Source of the DNA: Coriobacteriia bacterium
GTDB taxonomy: Bacteria > Actinomycetota > Coriobacteriia > WRKU01 > WQUG01
DNA: 64,000 nucleotides
Assembly: GCA_009778715.1 (NCBI GenBank)
Contig: WRFR01000005.1
Location: 1,761-65,760, forward strand
Reading direction: 5' to 3'
Program-made: the position numbers and the translations under genes
In this document: one piece after another, positions 1 through 8,254 of the stretch
How the letters are laid out: each line of letters begins with the position of its first letter
Numbering within the stretch: the first letter of the stretch is position 1
Notes under the pieces: generated by a model
Seen by the model: only the letters and a program-made list of their open reading frames with translations
What the model was told of the DNA's origin: nothing
Database searches by the model: none

Positions 1-248
1 TGGCGCTAGAGGGTGTTGACTACCGGAAGCATTCCGGTGTGATTTCCCACTTTCAGATGCATTACGTGAAAACAGGCGTTTTCAGTAGCGAACTTTCCCG
101 GATTGTTACCAGCGCAAGTCTTGTCCGCAATGCCAGTGATTATGAAGACTTTTTTGTAGCGTCGCGGCAAGAAGCGCAAGCGCAGATCGAAGGAGCCGCG
201 CAACTTCTTGACGCCATTGGAGCATTCATCCTGAAAGCTTCTTCTTAG
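1..248 (+). CDS. HEPN-domain-like protein, C-terminal fragment (5' end lies outside the window)
   Basis: The reading frame is open from base 3 with no upstream stop. The C-terminus (…VRNASDYEDFFVASRQEAQAQIEGAAQLLDAIGAFI) resembles the alpha-helical end of HEPN domains. Confidence 0.3.
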   Translation, partial: ALEGVDYRKHSGVISHFQMHYVKTGVFSSELSRIVTSASLVRNASDYEDFFVASRQEAQAQIEGAAQLLDAIGAFILKASS

Positions 249-868
249 CGCAGGCCGTATTTTTTTCGAACACGGGTGAGCGCACCTTCGAGCATCGGGC
301 CGAACAGCGCGAGAAAGACAGCGGTCGAGGCGGCGAAGATAGCATTGAAGGGAACGCCTGCCACATAGATGGGCCAGGCAGTCTGCCAGTTGAGGTTCTG
401 GGTGAAGAGCAGCGCTGACGAGGTGTCAACGATCAGTCCATAGAGCACAAACGTTGCGACGCCGCCGACTGCCGCGACCAGCCAGCGGTTGCGGGGCAGG
501 CGGTTCTTGGCAAAGAGCGCGCCAGCCAGGCAACCGACCAGGCCAAAAGCGAGCATCTGCCAGGGCGTCCAGGGCCCCTGGCCAAAGATGAAGTTCGAGG
601 CAAGCGCGGTCAATGCCCCGATGGTGAAACCGTTGCGGGCTCCCAGCGCGATGCCCGCGACGATAACGACGGCCATCACGGGTTTGACTTGTGGCACCAT
701 AAAAAACGCGGCGCGACTGGCCACGGCGAGCGCTACCAGTACGGCGACCAATACCAGCTCGCGCGTACGGGGGCGGCGCCTTTCGAAGTCCAGGGCGAAC
801 AAACCCAGGGCCAAGGCTACCAGGATCAGGCTGACGACGTAGTAATGTCGGGTAAAAAAGGCGATCAT
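245..868 (-). CDS. ECF transporter S (substrate-capture) component, probable corrinoid-specific (CbrT-like)
   Basis: A 207-aa polytopic membrane protein of ~6 TM helices is encoded directly downstream of ecfA/ecfT in the same operon. That operon is preceded by a cobalamin riboswitch. Confidence 0.55.
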   Translation of the reverse strand: MIAFFTRHYYVVSLILVALALGLFALDFERRRPRTRELVLVAVLVALAVASRAAFFMVPQVKPVMAVVIVAGIALGARNGFTIGALTALASNFIFGQGPWTPWQMLAFGLVGCLAGALFAKNRLPRNRWLVAAVGGVATFVLYGLIVDTSSALLFTQNLNWQTAWPIYVAGVPFNAIFAASTAVFLALFGPMLEGALTRVRKKYGLR

Positions 869-2553
869 TCGGGCGTACCCGGGCTCAGGGCCGCGATGAT
901 ATCGCTGGTCGTGATCGCATCAGGCGCCAGCCCCCGACTGATGCGGCGGGCAGCGGTAGTGTAGTACGTCATGTTCGCGAAAAACGGACGCGGCGGGGCG
1001 CTGGCAGTGATCTCTCCGTTGAAGCACAGGCAACAACGGTCAGCATGGCGCGCGCAGAACTCAATATCATGCGATACCATGACCACGGACAGGCCCTCCG
1101 CTGCGATCAGGGTGTGGAGGAGCTTGGCGAAACGTTGTTTGAAGATTGCATCCATGCCCTTGGTCGGCTCATCGAGCAACAGGAGTCTCGGGCGCGCGAG
1201 CAAGACGTCGGCCAGGGCGATGCGCTGGGCCTCGCCCCCGCTCACGTCGAAGGGGTGGCGGTCGAGCAGCCCGGTAATCTCGCACTGGTCGATAACGTCG
1301 CTGAGGCGCTGGGCGCGCTCGGTGGCGCTGCCGCTTGCAAGTGGCAGCATCGCGGTAAGCTCTTCGCGCACGGTCTTGTGTGTGAACAGCAGGCGCGGAT
1401 CCTGTGGGAGCAAGGCGATGCCGCCCGTCCCGGTACCGCCGACGAGCATGTGTTGGTCGCGTTTGACGCGGCCGCGATAGGGCTTCAGCAGGCCGGCGAT
1501 GATGTTGAGTGTGGTGGTCTTGCCCGTGGCGTTGCTACCGACGATCGCCGTGAGTTCGCCCGGGTAGATGTCAAGATTGAGACCACGCAGAACGTCGGGC
1601 GCGTTGCGCTCATAGCGAAACCAGACTTCATGCAGCGACAACAGGGGTTTGGCTGAGGCGTCGAGCTCCCGCGGCGCAACGATCGGAGCCTCCTCCGCTA
1701 CAGAGCGACTGGAAAGCTTCTCCTGTAAGTACGCGCGTCCGGCACGGACGGTAGTGGGAGCAGGGGTAACTCCGATGGCACGTTCGCCCTCCAGCGCAGA
1801 GAACAAGCGGATCGGCGTCGGGAGCGCGGCGAACATCGGGCTGTGTGCTGCAAGCAGATCGGCGCCGATGTGTTCCGGCGTCGCATCGGCGATCAGGCGC
1901 CCGCTCTCCAATACAAGCACACGATCTGCCAGAGGGACGACCTCCTCCAGGCGTTGCTCGGAGACGATGATGGTCGTGCCGATCTCGTCGTTGATTTTCT
2001 TGCACGTTGTCAGAAAGTTGGCGGCAGCGATCGGGTCGAGCTGGGAGGTCGGCTCGTCACAGAGGAGCAGCGCGGGACGGCTTGCCATGATGGCGGCGAG
2101 GTTCAGAAGTTGCTTCTGGCCGCCGGAAAGCACATTGCATGCGCAGCCAAACCACTCTTGAATGCCGAAGAAACTCGCTATTTCTGCGACGCGCAGGCGG
2201 ATCTCATCGGAGGCTACGCCCAGGTTCTCCAGCCCGAAGGCGAGCTCGTGGTAGACCTGGTCGGTGACGATCTGACTGTCAGGATCCTGCAGGATGAAGC
2301 CGATGTGGCTGGCGCTCTCGCGGGCCGGAAGTTCATCAAGCAGGCGGCCGGCGAGGCGGATCTGCCCTTCGCGCTCACCTGCCGGAGCCAGCGCCGGCTT
2401 GAGCTGGCGCAGCAACGTTGTTTTGCCACAGCCGGACGGGCCGCAGAGTACCACGAATGACCCGGCGTCAATGTCCAGGCACAGATCGCTCAGCGCAGGG
2501 GCCGTTGCATCGGGGTAGCTGAAACTCAGATGGTCGAGCGCGAGATACGCCAT
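865..2553 (-). CDS. ecfA: ECF transporter ATPase, fused EcfA-EcfA' (two ABC ATP-binding cassettes)
   Basis: There are two Walker A motifs (GPSGCGKTT and GSNATGKTT), two LSGGQ-like signatures (LSGGQKQ and VSGGEAQ) and two Walker B motifs (LLLCDEP and LLLLDEP). Length is 562 aa. Confidence 0.85.
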   Translation of the reverse strand: MAYLALDHLSFSYPDATAPALSDLCLDIDAGSFVVLCGPSGCGKTTLLRQLKPALAPAGEREGQIRLAGRLLDELPARESASHIGFILQDPDSQIVTDQVYHELAFGLENLGVASDEIRLRVAEIASFFGIQEWFGCACNVLSGGQKQLLNLAAIMASRPALLLCDEPTSQLDPIAAANFLTTCKKINDEIGTTIIVSEQRLEEVVPLADRVLVLESGRLIADATPEHIGADLLAAHSPMFAALPTPIRLFSALEGERAIGVTPAPTTVRAGRAYLQEKLSSRSVAEEAPIVAPRELDASAKPLLSLHEVWFRYERNAPDVLRGLNLDIYPGELTAIVGSNATGKTTTLNIIAGLLKPYRGRVKRDQHMLVGGTGTGGIALLPQDPRLLFTHKTVREELTAMLPLASGSATERAQRLSDVIDQCEITGLLDRHPFDVSGGEAQRIALADVLLARPRLLLLDEPTKGMDAIFKQRFAKLLHTLIAAEGLSVVMVSHDIEFCARHADRCCLCFNGEITASAPPRPFFANMTYYTTAARRISRGLAPDAITTSDIIAALSPGTPE

Positions 2554-3503
2554 GCGACCTCCTCCTGCAATTCGAAAAGGACTGGCAATAAGCAGAGCAG
2601 GCCGAACGCGCCGTAGGCGCAGGCTATCAGCAGATTGCGAGCGTTGGCGGGCAGGCCAGCAGCGCCAAGGTTCAGCTGGAGACTCGGCAGGTACTGCGCT
2701 GACACGACGCCGGAGGTCAGCGCGACAATGACCACCGCCGCGCAGGTAAGGATCAGCGCCAGGGCGCCGGCGTCACGCGCAGTGAACCGGAACGGGCGGT
2801 AAGCGCTGCGCCCCGGGAGCCCATAGCCGCGCGCGTGCATCGAATCTGCTGTGTCGAGCGCGGATTCCAGCGCCCAGCTGGTCAGTATCGACAGGACGGC
2901 GAAGCTGTTGCGCAAGCGGTTGAGCAGATTAGCTGCGTGACAAACACCCCAGGGGTATTTGTCACCACCAGGGGAGTCTGTCACGCTCGCGGAATTCCGC
3001 CCCAGGCCACGCTGGGCGGCCGTGATTGCCTTGAGCTGGCGCAGGTAGCGGGGCACGAAGCGCAGCGCCATCGAGACGGTCAGCGCCAGCGATGGGATGA
3101 TACGCCCAAACACCGCAAGGAACTTCTCTGTAGTGACGACTACGTTGTAGCAGGTAAACCACAGCAGCATCGCAACCAGCATGCAGGCCAGCGCGGCGCC
3201 ATAGAGGAGCGCCTCGCGTGTCACGGGATTACCACCAATCTGTCCGATGATCGTAACGCCCTGGTGATTGAACAGCGGGTTGATTGCAGCAGCGATCAGT
3301 GCCAGCGGCACGAGTCCGGCAAGAAGCCGCAAGGTGCTGCGTCCGCCGCGGAGTTGCAGGCACAATACCAGCGCGCCCAGAACAGAGCAGGCCAACAGGA
3401 CGGGGTGCGGCACGAAGACCGACACGCCGATGACCAGCACGAAGTAACCGATGCTGACTGCTGGGTGCAAGGAGGCGAAGCCACCTGAGTGATCAGCGGG
3501 CAC
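2526..3503 (-). CDS. ecfT: ECF transporter transmembrane T component (EcfT/CbiQ family)
   Basis: It is a polytopic membrane protein immediately upstream of ecfA in the same operon, which is the typical EcfT position, and it has an Arg-rich coupling region. Confidence 0.7.
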   Translation of the reverse strand: MPADHSGGFASLHPAVSIGYFVLVIGVSVFVPHPVLLACSVLGALVLCLQLRGGRSTLRLLAGLVPLALIAAAINPLFNHQGVTIIGQIGGNPVTREALLYGAALACMLVAMLLWFTCYNVVVTTEKFLAVFGRIIPSLALTVSMALRFVPRYLRQLKAITAAQRGLGRNSASVTDSPGGDKYPWGVCHAANLLNRLRNSFAVLSILTSWALESALDTADSMHARGYGLPGRSAYRPFRFTARDAGALALILTCAAVVIVALTSGVVSAQYLPSLQLNLGAAGLPANARNLLIACAYGAFGLLCLLPVLFELQEEVAWRISRSTI

Positions 3504-4305
3504 CGCTTGCCCCTACGTCAGCGCCTCCGTTGCAGGTATAGCGGAAAGCGACCACATCGCCTGCTTTTAGAACATACTTGCTGCAGCCGGTGCTCGTGTA
3601 GGTGCCGTTGACGCTATAGACCCAGCCCGAGCGCGGGCCGCAGTCGAACTCATTGAGGTTGCCGATGCCCTTGATGTAGGCGCTGCCGTAACCGGGCATC
3701 TGCGAATACTCCAGCGAGACACCAGCAGCTTTGCACGCACGCTGCAGAACGGAGAAGACGGTATCGCCCTCTTGCAGAGTTACACTCTGCTTGCCAAGTA
3801 TGACGCCGCTTGAGGGGACGATCGACTTCTTGCTCGCTTTCAAGTTGCCCATGTTGGAGAGCACGGTGCGACAGCTGGCAGAGATCGAGACGGTCGCGGG
3901 TTTCGGGACCGGCGCTGGCGCGGGCGCCGGGGTGGTTTTGTTCGGTTTCGTGGCGCCGCCGCCTGAGCTGTTAGAACCTGAGGCCCCAGGCGCAGAAGAG
4001 GAGGAGTTCGACGTGCCACCCGACGCGCTGCCCGCCGAGCCGACAGAAGAACCTTTGGGGCTGGCTGCAGCAGAGCCAGCCTTGTTCGTTCCTGGACCTG
4101 CCTGTGTTGAAGTACCTGTTATGCCCAGGCCCGACGCGCTCTCTGAAGACTCGTTTGAGGTCCCGTTCTCCTGGGCAAGCGTTTTGCTGGCTGTGCTGTC
4201 TGGCGTCTTATAGTGCTGCGCCAAAGCCAGCCCGATAGCAGTGGCCCCGCACAGGACCACTGCCACGCAGCTTACGATGAGTATGAGTTTTGTGCGCTGC
4301 TTCAT
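3493..4305 (-). CDS. DUF4430 (transcobalamin-like C-terminal domain) surface protein with an N-terminal membrane anchor and a Ser/Gly-rich linker
   Basis: It has a signal/anchor helix and then a low-complexity S/G/A-rich region. The C-terminal ~90 aa carry DUF4430-type motifs (GDTVFSVL…GYGSAYIKGIGNLNEF…GWVYSVNG…LKAGDVV). The gene sits in a riboswitch-controlled ECF operon. Confidence 0.65.
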   Translation of the reverse strand: MKQRTKLILIVSCVAVVLCGATAIGLALAQHYKTPDSTASKTLAQENGTSNESSESASGLGITGTSTQAGPGTNKAGSAAASPKGSSVGSAGSASGGTSNSSSSAPGASGSNSSGGGATKPNKTTPAPAPAPVPKPATVSISASCRTVLSNMGNLKASKKSIVPSSGVILGKQSVTLQEGDTVFSVLQRACKAAGVSLEYSQMPGYGSAYIKGIGNLNEFDCGPRSGWVYSVNGTYTSTGCSKYVLKAGDVVAFRYTCNGGADVGASGAR

Positions 4306-5597
4306 CAGAGCGCCTGCTGCTTAGAGCGTCTCTGGGAAACGTAAAGTACGACCGCTGATCCCATGAGCACCGTTGTGGCTGCTATCAGCTGGAGCTGCTC
4401 TGAAGCTTCTCCAGCAGCGGGTAGAGCAGTCGTGGCCTTTGTGGTCTTCGTGGTCGCCGCGTTGGTTGTCGCGGGTGTTTTCGCGGGCGTCTTCTTTTTT
4501 TGCTCGGCGGCCGGTTTTTCCTTGCTTTCGTCGGCCGCTGCGCTCTTATAGGGCTGCAAAGTGACGTCGCTCATGTCGTAAAGGCGGTTGGCGCCGGTCA
4601 GCGAACGCCACAGCGAGGCCAGCGCGTACAGCCCTTGCTCCGTAGCCATGCCGTCGGGCGCCGGATCGCCCAGGTTGTTCACGAACGCCTGAGTGCCCGA
4701 CCCCGCGTCAATCAGGAAACTGGTGAGCGAATCGTAGAGGCCAACCCCTGTTTTCACGAATCTGGGGTCATCGAGCGCAATGCCCTGGCTGTTCAGCGCA
4801 ACTAGTGCCTGCGCGCTGCTCTCAGATGCAGGTACGGGTGACCATTCGCTCAGCAGGCCGCCGGTCGCATTCTGGATCAAACTGAGCGCGCCAAGGGCAG
4901 CGCTGACGGCATCGTCGACTGCGGTGGTCCCGGCATACGGGGCCAGAGCGGTAAGCGCCATGCTGGTCAGGTCAGGATCGGGCTGCGTTGCTCCCCAGCC
5001 CCAGTTCCAGCCACCGCTGGCAAGCTGCTCGGTAAGTATCGCGTCGACGAGTGCGGGGCGCGTGGTCTGGGCGCCGGCTGCCCCAGCCTTGAGCTTTGGT
5101 ACTGCGTAGGTGTGGCTGTCGAGCGCGAGCAAGGCGTAGATACTACCGCTGACGCCCTGGGCGGTGATGTCATCGAGGTTGGCGAGCGGGGCTGTCAGGT
5201 CGATGCCATTAAAGTCCGTCACGTCAACGCCGATGCTGGTCAGGGCGAGGATGACACGGTCATAGTCGGTGACTGTGCTGCCTAATGAGTTCCCCTTACT
5301 TTTGAGGTACTTTTCCAGGTTATCCAGATACTGCTGCTTCAAGGCGGCGGTCAGCTTGCCCGCGCGGGCAAGTGCCATGATGGTCCATTCGTCGCCGTAG
5401 TTCGCTCCCCGTTTTGAGAGCTGAGCGACCTCATAGGCGGACACCTTATCGATGACGCCTTTCACCTGTGAGGCGCTGGGTGAAGTGCCGGCGCCGAAAG
5501 CCGTGGCTGGCAGGCAGACAGCCAGCAACAAGGCCAGGATCAGCGCCAGGCGCCCTCTCTTGTTTCTTGTTTTGTTGGATGTTTTTACGTGTTGCAT
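4305..5597 (-). CDS. Cell-surface alpha/alpha-toroid (prenyltransferase/squalene-oxidase-repeat-like) protein with a C-terminal LPAAG sorting-signal-like anchor
   Basis: It has a signal peptide (…LAVCLPATAFGA) and repeated aromatic/Gly motifs typical of alpha6/alpha6 barrel repeats (SGGWNWGWGATQPDPDLTSMALTALAPY). The C-terminus is LPAAG followed by a hydrophobic helix and RRSK. I moved the start to Met24 at 5597, which has an AAAGGAAG RBS, because the longer ORF overlaps the riboswitch B12 box. Confidence 0.55.
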   Translation of the reverse strand: MQHVKTSNKTRNKRGRLALILALLLAVCLPATAFGAGTSPSASQVKGVIDKVSAYEVAQLSKRGANYGDEWTIMALARAGKLTAALKQQYLDNLEKYLKSKGNSLGSTVTDYDRVILALTSIGVDVTDFNGIDLTAPLANLDDITAQGVSGSIYALLALDSHTYAVPKLKAGAAGAQTTRPALVDAILTEQLASGGWNWGWGATQPDPDLTSMALTALAPYAGTTAVDDAVSAALGALSLIQNATGGLLSEWSPVPASESSAQALVALNSQGIALDDPRFVKTGVGLYDSLTSFLIDAGSGTQAFVNNLGDPAPDGMATEQGLYALASLWRSLTGANRLYDMSDVTLQPYKSAAADESKEKPAAEQKKKTPAKTPATTNAATTKTTKATTALPAAGEASEQLQLIAATTVLMGSAVVLYVSQRRSKQQAL

Positions 5598-5812
5598 GTC
5601 GCTTCCTTTCTTCTTTAACCCAAGAACATTGCGCGTGATAAGCAGAGGGTAAGTCTCCTGGCTCATGCCTGTTGTGGGCGCCTTCCCATCGCTCCACTAC
5701 AGAGTCGACAGTGGCGTTCTGCCCGATTTTGATGGCATTTACAGTTGTGGTTTGCAGCTCCGGTCTCACACCGAATTCCTTGTTACTACCTGTTGGTAAC
5801 CATCTGCTTGTA
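5598..5812 (-). ncRNA. Cobalamin (B12) riboswitch in the leader of the ECF/DUF4430 operon
   Basis: The minus strand reads …AAGGAATTCGGTGTGAGACCGGAGCTGCAAACCACAACTGTAA…GCCACTG…GGGAAGGC…GAGCCAGGAGAC. That matches the conserved GGTGA/ACCGG, GCTGC…CAACTGTAA, GCCACTG, GGGAAGGC and B12-box (AGCCAGGAGAC) blocks of the cobalamin riboswitch consensus, directly 5' of the RBS. Confidence 0.8.
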
Positions 5813-6049
5813 TCCAGTTTTCAATCTCGCTCGGTCTTCTTTGCGAGTCCTTTTCCATCCTACCGCATCCGCGCTCCCGCGTGTCAAGGTTTATCGCATA
5901 CCTGAGTGTGTTTGTTTGGTTCTGTGTTAAAATCACAAGGGCGTGAAATCAATTTTGAGCAATTGAACGATGTTTTGCGCGCTACATTCCTCAATAGTAA
6001 CAACAGACGCTGTTTCTGAATATTTCAGAGTTGACGTTTAAGGAGACTC

Positions 6050-6754
6050 ATGAAGGGCAAATGGCAAACTATAATGGGCGGAGTAATGGCGTTTTTGACC
6101 TGCAGCTTTGCAGTGTGGCGCTTTTTTGTGTCGAGCCGAACGATCGAAAGCCTCATGACGAATCTGATTGCTATTTGCGGGACGATAGTATCTCTTTTAG
6201 TTCTCCTGGTAGCTATAAAGGCTATTGTACATAATATGCACGACCATGATTTTGCAACCACCTTAGGTAACGAACTGAATAGTTGGGGAAAACAGTATTA
6301 TCCGCTGGTTTTCGTGGATGAAAAGAATAGATATGAACCAGGGGAGAATGGGATAGATACTGATGGAGCACGTTACCGGATGCTCACAGAGCATCGCCAC
6401 ATATTACGAAGAGGGGAAAGACCGGATCACGACAGCTCAGTAATCTTTTTTGATTTACCACCAACGTACAATGAAGGTGACAAAGTCCTCTTTTATCTGC
6501 GCAAAAGTATGTTTAAAGATGTCACTCGAGCGAATCATGAGGATCCAGAACAAACGATCGCAAAACTTTCTAAGGATTTTGCTAATGCCATTTCATCTGA
6601 ATTTTCTGATTTTATTAAAGCTCATGGCTATCCCGAAGGGACGGATGACCGGGTTACAGTAATCTTCAATCGGAATCTACATACGCCTGATGACGCACGC
6701 CTACTCGTGAAGCTTCTCAGCTATGTAACGATTTTATATCTGGCAGTCGCGTAA
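6050..6754 (+). CDS. hypothetical membrane-anchored protein in a low-GC island
   Basis: The ORF is 234 aa with an AGGAG RBS and two N-terminal hydrophobic helices. It is AT-rich relative to its surroundings, and I recognise no family. Confidence 0.4.
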   Translation: MKGKWQTIMGGVMAFLTCSFAVWRFFVSSRTIESLMTNLIAICGTIVSLLVLLVAIKAIVHNMHDHDFATTLGNELNSWGKQYYPLVFVDEKNRYEPGENGIDTDGARYRMLTEHRHILRRGERPDHDSSVIFFDLPPTYNEGDKVLFYLRKSMFKDVTRANHEDPEQTIAKLSKDFANAISSEFSDFIKAHGYPEGTDDRVTVIFNRNLHTPDDARLLVKLLSYVTILYLAVA

Positions 6755-6761
6755 AGTTAGA

Positions 6762-8066
6762 TCAGAGCATTGATGCCAGGTAAATAGGGAGGTAGGTCAC
6801 AGATTCGGCTTGCTCAATATTCGTCTCCGCTAAGACCAGGGCTTCAGAGATGTCGAACTCCTTTACGGCCAGAGCATTGTTCAACGCGGCATGCGACTTA
6901 TATCCGGCGCCTGATTTCACTTCAAGCGCGATGATTGCGCCATCCTTTCGCTCGATGACAAAATCCAGTTCGCCGATCTTCTTGTTGGTGTAATATCGCA
7001 AGGTGTAGCCGTGCGCTACCAATTCTTGCGCGACGAAGTTCTCATAAATGCCGCCAAGCTGTTTTGCTGGTTTGCCGCTTAGCAGCCCTAGCAGAGACTC
7101 TTTGGGAAATTGACTTGCCAGAAGCCCAACGTCGGAAAGGAATAGTTTAAAAAGACGATGATTTTCTGAGAGTAATAGCGGACTTATCGGCGCCCGTACG
7201 TTGTAGGTTGCCAATGCCACATTTGCCCGGGTGAGCCAGAGGAACTCATCCTGTATTTGCGAGTATCGTTTTACGTTTTCAATCGAGCTAAGTCTGAAAC
7301 GCCTGTTCTGTGCTAAGAGCTCACTGGGAATAAGGTCGAAAATGCTTTTGATGACCAGGCGTCGATCTTTGGGCGCGTACTTACTGATATCACGTGCGTA
7401 GTATTTCAGAATGCCTTCTTGTACGACACGAACCTGATCAATGGAGTTGGTCTCGAAGAAGGCTACAACCGCATCGGGCATGCCTCCGACCAGCAGATAG
7501 CGGTGGAAAAGCGCTAAAAGGCGCTCGTGCAAATAGTCGGGGAGCGCCTCGTTGTGCGCGCGGCAGTCTTGTGCGAGTTGGGTCGATTCTTCACCAAACC
7601 CTGCGGCCCAACAGAACTCTTCGAAGTCCAAGGGATACATTAACACCTCGGTTACATAGCCAACAGGCTGCGATCTGATGTCTTCCAACTCCACTCCGAG
7701 CATCGAACCAGAGAGGATGTAATCATAGTCTCCTGTGTCGACCAGGAACTTGATGAGCGTCATGATCTCGGGGCACTCTTGTACTTCGTCAATAAATATT
7801 ACGGTTCTTCCGGGTTCCAGGAGTGTTGGGGAAGCGACCGACATTCTGAGCATGAGATCTTCGGCACTTGACGCTTCTCTAAATGAATCTCGTGCTTCCA
7901 TGTTCTCGACAAGGTTAAACTCGATGACATTCTCGTAATTCTTTTTTGCAAACTCCCGGATAAGAAAGGTCTTTCCTACTTGCCGTGCTCCCGCTACAAG
8001 CAAAGCTTGTTTCGTTTTATTCTGTTTCCAGAATTCAAAACGTTTGAGTGCTTTACGACAAAGCAT
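6762..8066 (-). CDS. AAA+ ATPase with C-terminal DUF4143 domain (COG1373 family)
   Basis: It has a Walker A motif (GARQVGKT) and a Walker B motif (IFIDEVQ), and is 434 aa. It is a paralog of the 57397..58755 gene. Confidence 0.75.
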   Translation of the reverse strand: MLCRKALKRFEFWKQNKTKQALLVAGARQVGKTFLIREFAKKNYENVIEFNLVENMEARDSFREASSAEDLMLRMSVASPTLLEPGRTVIFIDEVQECPEIMTLIKFLVDTGDYDYILSGSMLGVELEDIRSQPVGYVTEVLMYPLDFEEFCWAAGFGEESTQLAQDCRAHNEALPDYLHERLLALFHRYLLVGGMPDAVVAFFETNSIDQVRVVQEGILKYYARDISKYAPKDRRLVIKSIFDLIPSELLAQNRRFRLSSIENVKRYSQIQDEFLWLTRANVALATYNVRAPISPLLLSENHRLFKLFLSDVGLLASQFPKESLLGLLSGKPAKQLGGIYENFVAQELVAHGYTLRYYTNKKIGELDFVIERKDGAIIALEVKSGAGYKSHAALNNALAVKEFDISEALVLAETNIEQAESVTYLPIYLASML

Positions 8067-8104
8067 AGTGCGCGCCTCTTCTAATCATCAAATGCTGCTT
8101 TTGC

Positions 8105-8228
8105 ACTTATCCATAATTCTAAAACCTATATTACTACACTTTTCCGGAATTTGAAATAGGCAATTTGAACACTTTTCCATAATTTCAAACAGACAATTAC
8201 TACACTTTTCCGGAATTTGCAGGTAAAA
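8105..8228. repeat. Three to four contiguous imperfect 33-bp tandem repeats upstream of the DUF4143 ATPase start
   Basis: The units are ATTACTACACTTTTCCGGAATTTGAAATAGGCA, ATTTGAACACTTTTCCATAATTTCAAACAGACA and ATTACTACACTTTTCCGGAATTTGCAGGTAAAA, with no spacers. A 24-bp perfect repeat occurs at 8130-8153 and again at 8196-8219. Each unit contains the palindrome TTCCGGAA. Confidence 0.7.
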
Positions 8229-8254
8229 TGACGCTATCGCCTGCCTGTAGTCCG

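Noticed and set aside
6-203. A 65-aa minus-strand ORF at the window start.
   Set aside because: It overlaps the better-supported plus-strand HEPN-like frame and has no start context.
971-2460. Long ORFs on the strand opposite the ecfA gene (for example 1045..1656, 1843..2460, 971..1480).
   Set aside because: They are shadow ORFs typical of high-GC coding DNA. They have no RBS or domain signal, and ecfA on the other strand has unambiguous ABC motifs.
5598-5666. Longer start (Met1 at 5666) for the alpha/alpha-toroid surface protein.
   Set aside because: This ATG lies inside the riboswitch B12 box (GAGCCAGGAGAC). Met24 at 5597 has a proper RBS and begins a normal signal peptide.
8105-8228. Possibility that the tandem repeats are a mini CRISPR array.
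   Set aside because: The units are contiguous with no unique spacers, there are only 3-4 copies, there are no cas genes, and one unit is strongly degenerate. Iteron or operator-type repeats are more likely.
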